Of a DNA stretch of 64,000 bases, positions 51,524 through 64,000 are shown one piece after another (positions within the stretch are counted from its first letter, which is position 1; every line of letters begins with the position of its first letter). Made by a program: the position numbers and the translations under genes. Under the pieces are notes generated by a model, which did no database searches, was not told the origin of the DNA, and saw nothing but the letters and a program-made list of their open reading frames with translations. Source of the DNA: Octopus vulgaris (taxonomy: Eukaryota); contig OX597831.1 in assembly GCA_951406725.2 (NCBI GenBank), positions 63,426,001 through 63,490,000 of the forward strand, written 5' to 3'.

Positions 51524-52621
51524 GATAAAATTAATTCCTTGCTGTCGAGAAATATATCGAGCCGTTGACAGATATCCGTGTGAATTGAATAAATTCAATA
51601 TGAGATCGAATGTCGTGAGTCAGCTAACATATGTATTAGATAATTAGGTAATCTGAAAGACAGAGAGAGACAGAGAGAGAGAGAGAGCTTCTATCTTAAT
51701 AATAAAGCCGATGTCGATAATAGAGGACTACGGTCAGGGGTGAATTCAGGAATAATTTCCTCTGCTCTTCTTCGATCCCAACAAGGTTTCTAGCTTAAAA
51801 CGCAAATTGTAAATGAATCAGTCGTTAATTAATTCCTTACAGTCCATACTTTCTCATGTCCTTGCTATTATTTACAGCCAGATTTTCCGCATCAGTGAAA
51901 ATTAAGTGATTGTTGCTACGTACACAGCGTAGAGAGGGAACAGAATGTATGAACCATCAAACCTATTCTATATAGGTCGATATTCTATCAACTTGTTCTC
52001 AAGCCAGCCACTTTCATATTCCAATCAAGTATTTCTTATTAGACTGACCTCTTTTCAAGTTGCCATACTTAAATATTAATTACAAATAAGAAATGTAGTT
52101 TTCACAGCTTTCGAGATCTGCCTGCGGATGCGACGGTGTATCGAGCTAAAGTGAATTTCTATGATGTCGCTCGATCTCTTAGAAATATCTGCCACATTTA
52201 CTTCAAATCACACTGCACTCACTTAAAAAGGAGTACGTGAGAGATAATGTAGCTGTAGGTGCATTCTGCAGGGGATAAAGGCAGGATGATCATGGTCTGA
52301 ATATCTTAATTAATGGGTCTGTTCGGTCAATGCTCAAGTGAGGCTAAACGACAACAGTCACAAAAAAAATCATACATCCCGAAAAGGAACAAAATGATGG
52401 TTATTAAAAATATATTTACTAGGAAATCATGAAAAAAAACCCAGACGATATGCCCAGCTGAATATTAACTCAAAATATAAACAAGAAAAAATTTAAATTT
52501 TGTGTTAGGTTTGAAGGTCTAAACTTCCGATTGTCCTTCCTTTGCATCACTACAATGCATCCCTAAAAATATATAACGAACCAAAAGAAAGAAGTTTGGT
52601 AGAAAATGCATTCAAATCTCC

Positions 52622-53634
52622 TGAATAGCACAGCCTCTTGCCTTAAATACGGATTGTCTTAAATATGGATTGAATAGCACTGCCTCTTGTCTTAAATACG
52701 GATTGTCTCAAATATGGATTGAATAGCACTGCGTCTTTTTCTTAAATACGGATTTCTTAAATACGGATTGAATAGCACAGCCTCTTGTCTTAAATATGGA
52801 TTGTCTTAAATATAGATTGAATAGCACTGCCTTTTGTCTTAAATACGGATTGTCTTAAATATGGATTGAATAGCACTGCCTCTTGTCTTAAATACGGATT
52901 GTCTCAAATATGGATTGAATAGCACTGCGTCTTTTTCTTAAATACGGATTTCTTAAATATGGATTGAATAGCACAGCCTCTTGTCTTAAATATGGATTGT
53001 CTTAAATATAGATTGAATAGCACTGCCTTTTGTCTTAAATACGGATTGTCTTAAATATGGATTGAATAGCACTGCCTCTTGTCTTAAATACGGATTGTCT
53101 TAAATATGGATTGAATACCACAGCCTCTTGTCTTAAATACGGATTGTCTTAAATATGGATTGAATAACACAGCCGCTTGTCTTAAATACGGATCGTCTTA
53201 AATATGGATTGAATAGCACAGCCTCTTGTCTTAAATACGGATCGTCTTAAATATGGATTGAATAGCACAGCCTCTTGTCTTAAATACGGATCGTCTTAAA
53301 TATGGATTGAATAGCACAGCCTCTTGTCTTAAATACGGATTGTCTCAAATATGGATTGAATAGCACAGCCGCTTGTCTTAAATACGGATCGTCTTAAATA
53401 TGGATTGAATAGCAAAGCCTCTTGTCTTAAATACAGATTGTCTTAAATATGGATTGAATAGCACAGCCGCTTGTCTTAAATACGGATTGTTTTAAATATG
53501 GATTGAGTAGCACAGCCGCTTGTCTTAAATACGGATTGTCTTAAATATGGATTGAATAGCACAACCGCTTGTCTTAAATACGGATCGTCTTAAATATGGA
53601 TTGAATAGCACAGCCTCTTGTCTTATATACGGCT
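52622..53634. repeat. 49-bp minisatellite, about 20.5 units
   Basis: Unit TGAATAGCACAGCCTC-TTGTCTTAAATACGGA-TTGTCTTAAATATGGA-T. Confidence 0.97.
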
Positions 53635-53704
53635 CGAGTATCTCCGATCACAGGTGTACTTGATTCGGAGTAAACTGAAGCTAAACACAAAAACTCTCTA
53701 TTTT

Positions 53705-53903
53705 AATTTTGGGCACAAGACCAGCTACTTTTGGAGGAGTAGGAAGTTAGCTACATCGATCCTAATGTTCAACTGGTGCTTATTTTGGTGATCCCGAAGT
53801 AATGAAAAGCAAATTCGACCTCGGCAGCACTTGAACTCAGGACATAAAGCCGACGAAAATGCTGCTGAATATTTTGTCAGACGCAGTAATGATTCTGCTG
53901 CCT
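53705..53903 (-). mobile_element. Old SINE C
   Basis: Diverged core ATGAAAAGCAAATTCGACCTCGGC. Confidence 0.75.
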
Positions 53904-53947
53904 TAAATTGTGTATATAATGAGTTGCTATTCTTGGTTTACTTTTAT

Positions 53948-54255
53948 ATTGTTGTTTGTTCCTTTTCGAGCCATGCCTGGCTTATAAGGGCCGGCTTCCC
54001 GGTTTCCTTGGCAAATAGGTTCCCCACCTGGACGGGACGCCGGTCCCTTGCAGGTGAGCTGCAAGATGCAGGAGGAAAGAGTGAGAGAAAGTTGTGGCGA
54101 AAGAGTCAGCAGAAGTTTCGCCATTACCTTCTGCCGGAGCCGCGTGGAGCTTAGGTGTTTCGCTCATAAACACACACATTGTCCGGTCTGAGATTCGAAC
54201 CCGCGGTCCCTGACCGCGAGTCCGCTGCTTTAACCACTAGGCCATGTACCTCCAC
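53948..54255 (-). mobile_element. tRNA-derived SINE family A
   Basis: Matches 6520-6820. Confidence 0.95.
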
Positions 54256-55334
54256 TCTTGGCTTACTGTCTGCCTCCTGTCGTCTCCGTCGCTGAAGTGT
54301 GAGATATTTCAAGAAAACGATCGTAGGTTGATGAAACGAAACGACGCGACCTGTTTGCCAGCTATTGCTGTGCCTATTGTTCAATATCGAGCAAATAACA
54401 GTCTTTTTTATATATGCTTCAATGAAAGTTCATCTGTCTAGACCTCGGCCTGAACAGAGTAATATTTGAGACAGTCTTTTTCACAGTAAGCGAGAAGACA
54501 GCTGATGCGGAAGGCCATAATTAAACAAAGCTTAAAATATTCCTTTCAGCTAATACAGTTTAAAAAGAACGAAGACATTTTACTGCTGGCCCCTGCGCTA
54601 CAAGGGTTATCGACAAATCAATAATTTTCTAAAAATCTACTAAGTTGTCCTACTTCAATTATGTCTCAAAAGGAAACAAATGTTGTGTGCAGTTATGGAA
54701 GGCCACATAATATAACAATCAAATTAATATTTTCACTCGTCACTGGTGTTTTTGATGTTGCTGCTGTCGTTGGTATCGGTGTTGTTGTTGTTGTTGCTTA
54801 GTTAAATTCTAGTCCTAATCGAGCAGATTAAATTGTCCAATGTAACCGGCCTTGTGTTTTAAGACGGCAAGGTACAATATCTGGGAAAGCTGAGCGACCA
54901 AGTAGCTTCTCCTCATTGATACAATCAGTTGTTGCTGAAGTGTTGCTGTTGCACTTATTGTTGCTGTGGTTGCTACTTAATTTCTCCCACTCTGTTTATC
55001 GAACCGCTAAGCATCAGAACATATAGGGACGCAATATCAACAGCAGTACTATGTGGTAGAGCAGTCTCAATACATAGACGACAAGATATACACATGCACA
55101 AGTACACACATACGTACGGTCACGCACGCGCACAAAAACAATATATGCACATGTAGCTTTAAGCAATATTGATAGATTCATATACAGTTTGACGTGCAAA
55201 CAGATAAAATCAATATTATCTGTATGTGTGTACATGCATGTGTATATGTGTTTGTATATGGAAATGCCTATATGTTTACGTATATATGTGTGTGAATGTG
55301 TGTATATATCTACATTTGTGTGTGTATGTATGTA

Positions 55335-55440
<106 letters not shown>

Positions 55441-55489
55441 GGAAAGAAAAAGAAAAAGAAATAGATTATATGACCAACATTAAATGTAA

Positions 55490-57090
55490 CTTAGTCTTTT
55501 CTACAGCCTAACTAAAATACTCAAGAACCAGATAACTAATGAAGCCTGCAAACAATCACCAGTCATATACGTAAATATCCCAGTCCCAGAAGATTTAAAG
55601 TTAAGACCCATTGTAACTGGCCCAGCGTGTGAAACCCACCGCCTAAGCAACTTTCTATGCGTCCTGCTGAAACCTTTGTTGAAATATATCAAAAGTTTCA
55701 TTAGACCTGCCAAAAACAACGAATGAAGAGACACTCATGGTTTCCTTCGATGTTACTAATCTTTACACCAATATCTCATGAATATTGAATAGATGCAATA
55801 AAATGCTGTCTAAAAAATTATCCCGAACAACATCCAGAATGTATAAACCAGGTTTTTATTGAAACTTCAAAATTTATACTTCAGAACAATTATTTCTTAT
55901 TTTATGACACCTACTACCGACGAAAATGTGGAATTGCGATGGAAACGAAAGCAGCCCCTGATCTTGCGAACCTAATAATGGGATATTTTGAATTCACCAT
56001 CTATAAAGTGTCACTACAATAATATGGATACTCATTTCACCATTATATAAGAGAGAACTTGAAAAGATATCTGGATGACGTTTTTATTATTTGAAAAGAT
56101 GCCGTTGATAAACTTTTGGAATTTAAATCAATACTAAATAGTATAAACCTCAAAATTCAGTTTACAATGGAATATAGCAAAGAACAACTAAATATTCTGA
56201 TAATAAAACTAAACAACCAAATTGTAAACGACATTTATCATAAAACAACGATCTCGAAGCAATACCTCCTGTTTAGTTCATGCCACCCGAAACAGTCAAA
56301 ATAAATATTTCTTTTAATTTGGCCAAAAGGATTTGCATAATAGTGTCTGATGGAAATATTCGGAACTTCCATCTTCCAGACCTCAGAACAACACTAGACG
56401 AGAGACACTATCCACCCTCACTTATAGATGATGGAATTAAACGTGCCAAGAAAATAGGCATTAAAACACTAAGGGAAACACAACGAAATCTCACACCTCA
56501 TCTCAAAATACTACTCTATATATCTACTCATAACCCTAGAAACCATGAGGCATACAACGCCATTGCACAAAAACTACCAATTCACTAGGGATCCAAAGAA
56601 GAACTACATTCTTTAAAAACACAAATTCATCAAATCTAAAAAGCAATCCAAATCGCTGAAAAGACCACTGACAAATGCAAAGCTACACACAACAACCACG
56701 AAACCAATAGTTAAGAAAATGCGAACATCCAAAGTGTGGAACATATCCCAACCTACAGAAAGTTTCAGAATTCCAGTTTAAACAAGGCGAGGGTCACAAT
56801 TAAGACCAACTTCACTTTGCATCCGAGAATTTAATTTATGTTATAAACTATTAAGGTTATGAACACAACTATATATAAGAGACAAGTATGTCACTTAGAT
56901 GGAGAACCACTTTGCATAGAGAACAGAGGCGTTTCCCAAGATATAGACAAATACCTTTGAGTGAACACATAGAGAGATGTGCAGGGAATCTCCAACCAAA
57001 TTTCACGGTTTTCCCATCTCCCAGCGTAAGGAAACAATTTGTGTACAAGAACGTTTAAATAGACAAAATATATTTATCGCCTAAATTTGA
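55490..57090 (+). mobile_element. Decayed Penelope-like element: RT, thumb and GIY-YIG
   Basis: LRPIVTG, LLKPL, SFDVTNLYTNIS, ILQNNYF, GIAMETKAAPDLANLIMG, RYLDDVFII, IQFTME, YLLFSSCHP, RHYP, ENLIYVI..YI..T; many stops and frameshifts. Confidence 0.92.
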
Positions 57091-57229
57091 AAGCATAAGC
57101 AACTTTGGTCTCTATATATTTTAATTCAGGATCGTATATCCATTACTGTACACATTTCATCTCATTACTTTAAATCATGGCTTTATGTTAATTTATTCCA
57201 CCTCCCCTGTCCCGAAAAAAAAACAATCA

Positions 57230-57840
57230 CCAATTACCTCCACTTAGATTTTTTGTGTGTATTCCTTCACAAACTTTCATGCAAAACATGGACTAAAAAC
57301 TTGAAAAAATATGAAACCGCAATAGTTTCAGTGTCATGATTAGCAAAACGCGAAATCTCATTTCTCGAATTTTGCAACATCTGCCAAAAAAGGATATTTG
57401 CCTAATACGCAAAGATGAATACGAACTACTTCACCACTCTCAAAAGTACATTAGAGATTAAAACAAAATTATGATATATAATGCAACCATAAAAATGTAT
57501 TTATCACGAATCTCTATATCTTCTAAAAAAAACAATCATAAAATCGTAATGCAGAAAACCGATAAGAGTAATTTATTCGTCATTATAGACAAAGATAAAA
57601 GCATTAAAAAATTAACATTGTACTAAATGATAAAAGTAAATTAATAAGAATTAAGAAAGCTAGCACATTTCAGTTAAAAGTTAATTTTAATTCTACAGCA
57701 CACGCAGAGATAACTTTCCATTTACCACTCTGAAAAACTATTCCTGCTTATACCTAAAGAACTGTAAATATTCACAAACAACTTTTTCGTAATTCATCAT
57801 TTCTCTAAGTAACTCTCCAAATATTTGCAGAATATCATTA
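57230..57840 (+). mobile_element. Second, more decayed PLE N-terminal RT remnant
   Basis: KIVMQKTDKSNLFVIIDKD (cf. I.KADKGN.VVI.D). Confidence 0.55.
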
Positions 57841-57974
57841 AGACATTAAGAGAATAAAAATGTAAGTTAATAAAACAAGTCTAAGAGATTTTAGGAGCGA
57901 TTAAGTGGGTAGGATTTCTACCTAGGAGAGAAGTCAAAATAATTTTCACCAATGGAATGTGGAGCAACTAACTG

Positions 57975-58195
57975 GCCCACAAGGGGCTAAACACAGAGAG
58001 GACAAACAAGGACAGACAAAGGGATTAAATCGATTACATCGACGCCAGTGCGAAACTGGTACTTTATTTATCGACCCCGAAAGGATGAAAGGCTAAGTCG
58101 ACCTCGGCGGAATTTGAACTCAGAACGTAACGACAGACGAAATACCGCTAAGCATTTCGCCCGGCGCGCTAACGTGTCTGCCAGCTTGCCGCCTT
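57975..58195 (-). mobile_element. SINE family C
   Basis: Consensus match. Confidence 0.9.
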
Positions 58196-58650
58196 GATGT
58201 ATAATATATAATACTATCAGAGTTACCATCTATATAATATGTATAATATGTGTACTTCAATTTCAGGAAAAAGAGTCCATTGTGGACATGAAAAGTTTCG
58301 ACTAATGTATTTTTAATTACAAGCCCTCTTGCCTAAAGTAATTTCCAGTTCATTTTGGGTCCTTAGAACTCTGAAACAAAAACTGTTTTGCATATTTAAT
58401 CAACACGGTGATGTATTTCACAGTTATGCATAAAAGAGAGATGATTGTGAAATACGCCAACATAGCGATGGAAAAGACAACTAGAAGTATGCATGATGGG
58501 AAAAGAAGACAACTGAAAGTGACAGACAGACATGGATAGAGGGACGGATAGATGGATGGATAGATGGAGGGATAGATAGATAGATATATGGATGGATAGA
58601 TGGATGGATAGATGGATATATGGATGGATAGATGGATGGATAGATGGATG

Positions 58651-58704
<54 letters not shown>

Positions 58705-58709
58705 AAGAT

Positions 58710-58797
<88 letters not shown>

Positions 58798-58842
58798 GGA
58801 TGGATGGATATTTAGACAGACAGACAGATAGATAGATAGATA

Positions 58843-59248
58843 AGTTTCTTTATTGGCCACACAGGGCTGCACACAGATGGGACAAGTTACAAGGTAGAGC
58901 TTTTCTTATGGGGGATGAAAAAAACAAAAAACAAAAGAAACAAAAAAAAAAGGGTGGCGTAGGTTTTCGATCAAGAGGGATCGTAAAAGGGAAGAAAAGA
59001 ACAAAAAAATAAAAGAAAAAATAAAAGAAGAAAAAAGTAAAAAAAAAAGAAGAAAGGGAAAAGGAACAAAGGAAAAGAGAAATGAAAAAAGAAGAAAAAA
59101 AGGGGAAGAGGAAGAAAAAACGATCAATAGGGATCGTGTATCACAGTGTTATGATATATGGTGTAAAGGGGAAAGCAAGTAAGGTTTATCCGGGGGAAGA
59201 AAAGCCTACGAAAAAGACCACGGTAACCTTGGTCAATATTGTTATATG
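58843..59248 (-). mobile_element. Putative LINE 3' UTR inserted in (GATA)n
   Basis: Reverse strand is T-rich and ends CTTGTCCCATCTGTGTGCAGCCCTGTGTGGCCAATAAAGAAACT(TATC)n; flanked by (GATA)n on both sides. Confidence 0.65.
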
Positions 59249-59323
<75 letters not shown>

Positions 59324-59339
59324 GGATGTTTAGACAGAC

Positions 59340-59413
<74 letters not shown>

Positions 59414-59422
59414 GTAGATAGA

Positions 59423-59720
59423 TAGGAGCAGGCATGTCTGTGTAGTTAAGAAGTTAGCTTTGATTTTGGGGTTAGTCCCACTGTGCGGCATTTTGGACAA
59501 GAGTCTTCCACTATAGCTCCGGGCGGACCAATGACGCGTGAATGAATTTGGTAAACGGAAACTATGCGGAAGCCTGTCATATTTATGTCTGTGTCTTTCT
59601 GCCTGTGTTCAGTCTCAACAAGTTTTGATTTGCTGCGGTTTGTACCCAAGCGGTTTGGCAACAGAGACCAATAGCATAAGTATCAAAATTACAAAACAGG
59701 ACTCATGTCGATTTGTTCGT
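59423..59720 (+). mobile_element. Old SINE B
   Basis: Diverged head ATAGGAGCAGGCATGTCTGTGTAGTTAAG..GTCCCACTGTGCGGCA. Confidence 0.75.
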
Positions 59721-59757
59721 CCCCATTCCTTCTTCGTATGGCCTCTTCCCAAATATC

Positions 59758-59976
59758 TATTTCTTTACTACCCACAAGGGGCTAAACACAGGGGGGACAA
59801 ACGGATTAAGTCGATTACATCGACCCCAGGGCGTAACTGGTACTTAATTTATCGACCCCGAAAGGATGAAAGGCAAAGTCGACCTCGGCGGAATTTGAAC
59901 TCAGAACGTAGCGGCAAATGAAATGCCGCTAAGCATTTCGCCCGGCGTGCTAACGTTTCTCCCAGCTCGCCGCCTT
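59758..59976 (-). mobile_element. SINE family C
   Basis: Consensus match; AAATATC on both flanks. Confidence 0.9.
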
Positions 59977-60799
59977 CATAAATATCATACGGCATAACGC
60001 AAATTCTTGGTTTATTAAAAAGAAACTCCGCCTTTGTCATAATTGCCAAATATTAATACCAGATCCACTTTATAGAGGGAGAACAATCAAGAATTTCCTA
60101 CAGTTGACATGCCATGTGTGTGTATGTGTATCCGTGTGTGCGTCCGTGTGTGTGTCCGTGTGTATGTGTGTACTCTTGTTGTACAAGCGCTTATCTCTAT
60201 AACCCAATGACGTGGATGTCTACTTATATTAACCTCATTTATCATTTCATCTACTGAAACCAGTGAGAATGTTCAGCTGCAAGTCAAAAACATTTTAAAC
60301 TTTGAATCGGGGAATGCCTTATCCCACAAAGTGATCTGCTCAATCCAGTGGAAGTTATCAACTTTTATCTGACATCTTTGCGCCAAACATCCAGATCTGG
60401 AATGGGACTGAACATGAATGGAATGTCAGAAATGTCACTGGCAATGAGTAAGCACAACGAAACAGCAATCACCTCTGGTTAGATAGCAAAGATATTGCAA
60501 TTGTTCCAGTTTTCTACACTCTTAGTTCAAATCACACCGTGTTCAAATTTGTGATTCAATAAATTGATTTTTACGGAGATCAGTAGATTAATCTTTACTG
60601 GAATTGATTCTAGTCTTTCTGTTTACCATTATTCTGTCAGTTTTTTCTTCTTGAAGACGTCAGCTGTGGCTTAAACTAGAGAGAAATGAGTTTCACCGGA
60701 TTTAAAAAGTGAATGAAACATCCATATTCCAAGAATTGAAAGCCAAAGTTAGACTACATATATGATTGCACATGGATTTGAATTCTTTAGGGTGTTGTT

Positions 60800-61200
60800 T
60801 TTATTTATTTATTTATTCATCAAAGTGTGAAGGAAGGAGCATGCGCAGGTCCAGCTAGAAAAGAGTGATGTCATTATTTATTCTGTTGAATATTTGAGCG
60901 ATAACATTTAGAGGAAAGACATGAGCAGGGAGAGATTTGCATAGGGACGACATTGTAAGTAGGAAGAACTTGTGTACTGCGGCTTCTGGCGGTCCACATA
61001 ACAAGAGTGAACAGATTTTGAGTAATGAGTGGGAAGGGGTGATATACACAGTAGTAGTAGCTTTTAGGAACAAAAGCCATTATATTAATGGTAAAAAAAG
61101 GCGGCAAGAAAATTCCAGAGCCTGGAGCATGTCAGTGAATAAAACAGGTAATCAGGAAACTCCCACCTCTTTTCTTATATTTTTTGTGCATATCAGTAGG
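60800..61200 (-). mobile_element. CR1/Jockey-group LINE 3' remnant
   Basis: FFLLTMSSLCKSLPAHVFPLNV..QIF..IN resembles SF.PRT..LWNSLP..VFP..Y..FK. Confidence 0.6.
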
Positions 61201-62813
61201 ATACAAATAATGTATTTACATTCCTTATACTTCATCTACAGCTTTTACTACTGATTGGCGGAGAAAGCAGAGTGCGCCTTCCCCGAGAAGCGATCAACAA
61301 ATCGTGAAACGGTCTGTCAAGAAACTCCACTCTTTTTTTCGGCAAATCAAATCCAGAGAAGGAATGCGTTTACATTCTTCACACTTCACCAAACTTTGTA
61401 ATATTTAAATATATATGTTGGTGTATGTGTGTCTGTGTGTTGCGTATGTCTATTTCCGTGTATAAATATAGATAAACAAATTTCTTTTCCTCTACTCGGA
61501 ATCCCGAAACTCTCAAACAAATAAATATATTTTCTCTTAAAATTATTTTCTTTTTTAATTCAGAATTGTATTATTTTACCAATGCTAGATTAATGCGTTA
61601 ACTATAAGGATTTTGGCAAGATTTTTGAATGGAATAAATCTGAAACCAAGTGATAACGAATCGACATTCTTAGCAGCACAACAATGTCAGCACGTGTATT
61701 AACTGATATATGTTTCGTATAAATTATATAGATATAATCAATATATATTGGTGAATTTAGGGAGAAGAGTTTCGTTATGATTCCGTAAAAAGTAACATTC
61801 CAATTTCTTTTACTTCTTGCTAGCTCTTGTAGCTTCCATCATCAAGGACACAATCCACTGCAAGATATAACAATTTAGTCAATTCTCCCTTTTTTTTATT
61901 GTTTCACAAGTAGGATACAATTTTACAAGCAAAAATTAGGTTTAGTGTTAAGGTTTAAGTTTAGGTTTTAGAGTTTACATTTAGAGTATTGAGTCCAGTG
62001 ACTCTATACTGCTGTTCATTAAAAAGTGAGAGAAACTGGAATACGATGATTACTTAATGCACTTTATATATACATTGTATATACTTTATGCACAATTTTA
62101 TAGATTTAATACACAGACTCATAAAATATTATTCCCTCTTATATTCCCATTTTCCCATAAACAAGAAATTATCCCGTACATGTGGTACAACCTTTAGTTA
62201 ATTGCATATATCTGCCTTGTAAATAAACGTGAATATTTCACGGAATTGCACTTATGTGCATGTGTTAAGTGATAGATATATAAAAAAACATTTTTTACTA
62301 TCCTCGCACCACCACTACCATCATCTCCCTCCTCTCCCCTCTCTCCCTCCTCTCCCCCTCTCACTCAGCCTTTCTTTAATCTTACCATCAGAACATCACC
62401 CATCTGCTAAAATTATATTTCTAACTCTCTTTCTCTATATCACTACGTTCGACTAGCTTTTTAAACCACGTAATAGATATTACGCTTCCTCTACTACAGG
62501 TCATGGACGTTCGTTTTCTCTCTCTCTCTCTCTCTCTTTCTGTTTCACTCTTTCCCTTATGTCCCTTTTCCTCTCTCCTTTCTCTTTCTCCTCTACTTCC
62601 CTTCAACTAATCACTTGATAAGCGTTACAATTGCATTCCCGCCACCTCACCTCATGGACGCTTCTCTCTTTTTCTCTTCCACACTTTTCTTTCTCTCTCA
62701 TTTTTTCTAATCACGGGAAAGCGTTGCCTACGAGCTAAGTAAGGTAGTAATAAAACTTGACAATCAGACAATCAGACTAAGCTGGAATTTCATTAATTAA
62801 TATATTCTTCTAT

Positions 62814-63020
62814 AAGGTGATGGGCTGACAGAAACGTTAGCACGCCGGGCGAAATGCTTAGCGTTATTTCGTCTATCTTTACGTCCTGAGTTCATCCTAT
62901 CGGGAGTCTCTCATCTTTTCGGGGTCGATAAATTAAGTACCAGTTGCGCACTAGTGTCAATCTAATCGACAGGCTCCCTCCCCCAAAAATTCGTGCCTTC
63001 TGCCTAGAGTAGAAAAGAAT
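62814..63020 (+). mobile_element. SINE family C, alternative tail
   Basis: Head and core, then CCCTCCCCCAAAAATTCGTGCCTTCTGCCTAGAGTAGAAAAG. Confidence 0.85.
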
Positions 63021-63066
63021 ATAATCTTCTATAAACAATCATAAAAACTCGGATATCTATCTATCC

Positions 63067-63108
<42 letters not shown>

Positions 63109-63113
<5 letters not shown>

Positions 63114-63523
63114 TGCAGGAGTGGCTGTGTGGTAAGTAACTTGCTTCCCAACCACATGGTTCCGGGTTCAGTCCCACTGCGTGGCACCTTGGGAAAGTGT
63201 CTTCTACTATAGCCTCGGGCCGACCAAAGCCTTGTGAGTAGATTTGGTAGACGGAAAGTGAAAGAAGCCCTTCATATATATGTATATGTATGTATATATG
63301 CGTGTGTGTGTTTGTGTCTGTGTTTGTCCTCCCCAACATCACTTGACAACCGATGTCGGTGTGTTTACGTCACCGTAACTTAGCCGTTCGGCAAAAGAGA
63401 CCGATAGAATAAGTACTAGGCTTACAAAGAAAAAGACTTGGGGTCGATTTGCTCGACTAAAGGTGGTGCTCCAGCATGGCCGCAGTCAAATGACTGAAAC
63501 AAGTAAAAGAGTAAAGAGAGAGT
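63109..63523 (+). mobile_element. SINE family B, full length
   Basis: Consensus match from head to tail. Confidence 0.95.
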
Positions 63524-64000
63524 ATATATATATATATATATACTCTCTCTTTAGTATATATATATACACATTATGAGCCAGGGATGGCTCGAGAAGGAAC
63601 AAACAACAACAGCGTATATATACGTATATACATGCATGCATACATGTATAAAAGTATGTTTATATGTATATTGATATACATATATATTGATATACATTTC
63701 ATATATGTTGTATTTAAATAATTCAAATATGTTGGTTGAGCTGTTGCGGCTGGAATGACATTGTCATATTCCCTTTTAGAGTAGGGTATTGCAGCCGAGG
63801 CAATATTTTAAGAAGTCAAAGTAAACCGTTTGGATTTGTTACAAATGATATAAACATTGTATTTTAAATACTAAGTTTATGCAGATTTCAGATTATTCGC
63901 CTTGTGACGATCTGACCCATTGCTGAATATTTTATTTTCCACTGCCGCCGGGTATTTTTCTAGTATAAAATATAGTCATAAAAATCAATAAACTCGCAGG

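Noticed and set aside
51135-51647. Gly-rich (+) or Pro-rich (-) ORFs as a structural protein
   Set aside because: Open only because of (GGT)n low complexity; the Gly-rich ORF starts at GTG, has no signal peptide, and several frames are open at once.
52622-53634. CRISPR-like regular array
   Set aside because: No unique spacers; contiguous tandem units in eukaryotic context with no cas genes.
55490-57090. Functional or domesticated reverse transcriptase gene
   Set aside because: Multiple stops and frameshifts throughout.

Overview
AT-rich eukaryotic (animal) DNA with no recognisable host protein-coding exon; intergenic or deep intronic. The repeat families and dense (TA)n/(CATA)n/(GATA)n/(TAA)n microsatellites look like octopus/coleoid cephalopod DNA (inference from pattern recognition, no search run). 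Almost every listed ORF is either a microsatellite artefact or a decayed transposon fragment. Contents: three abundant tRNA-derived SINE families (labelled A, B, C here); decayed LINE pieces (RTE, CR1/L2/Jockey-like, R4/Dong-like and other RLE elements); Penelope-like element (PLE) RT and GIY-YIG remnants; a Gypsy RNase H remnant; hAT, mariner and GG-ended 8-bp-TSD MITEs; and a 49-bp minisatellite. The main find is a set of type I hammerhead-ribozyme motifs (161-195 +, 7771-7866 -, 8512-8615 -, 24718-24753 -, 29553-29604 -, relics at ~8113 and ~42364). They sit in several different short non-coding elements next to (TA)n/(GATA)n tracts. Two have an unusually long stem II, and one lies in a 575-bp unit bounded by 18-bp direct repeats (PLE pLTR / retrozyme-like). 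All coordinates, identities and base pairings were read by eye.
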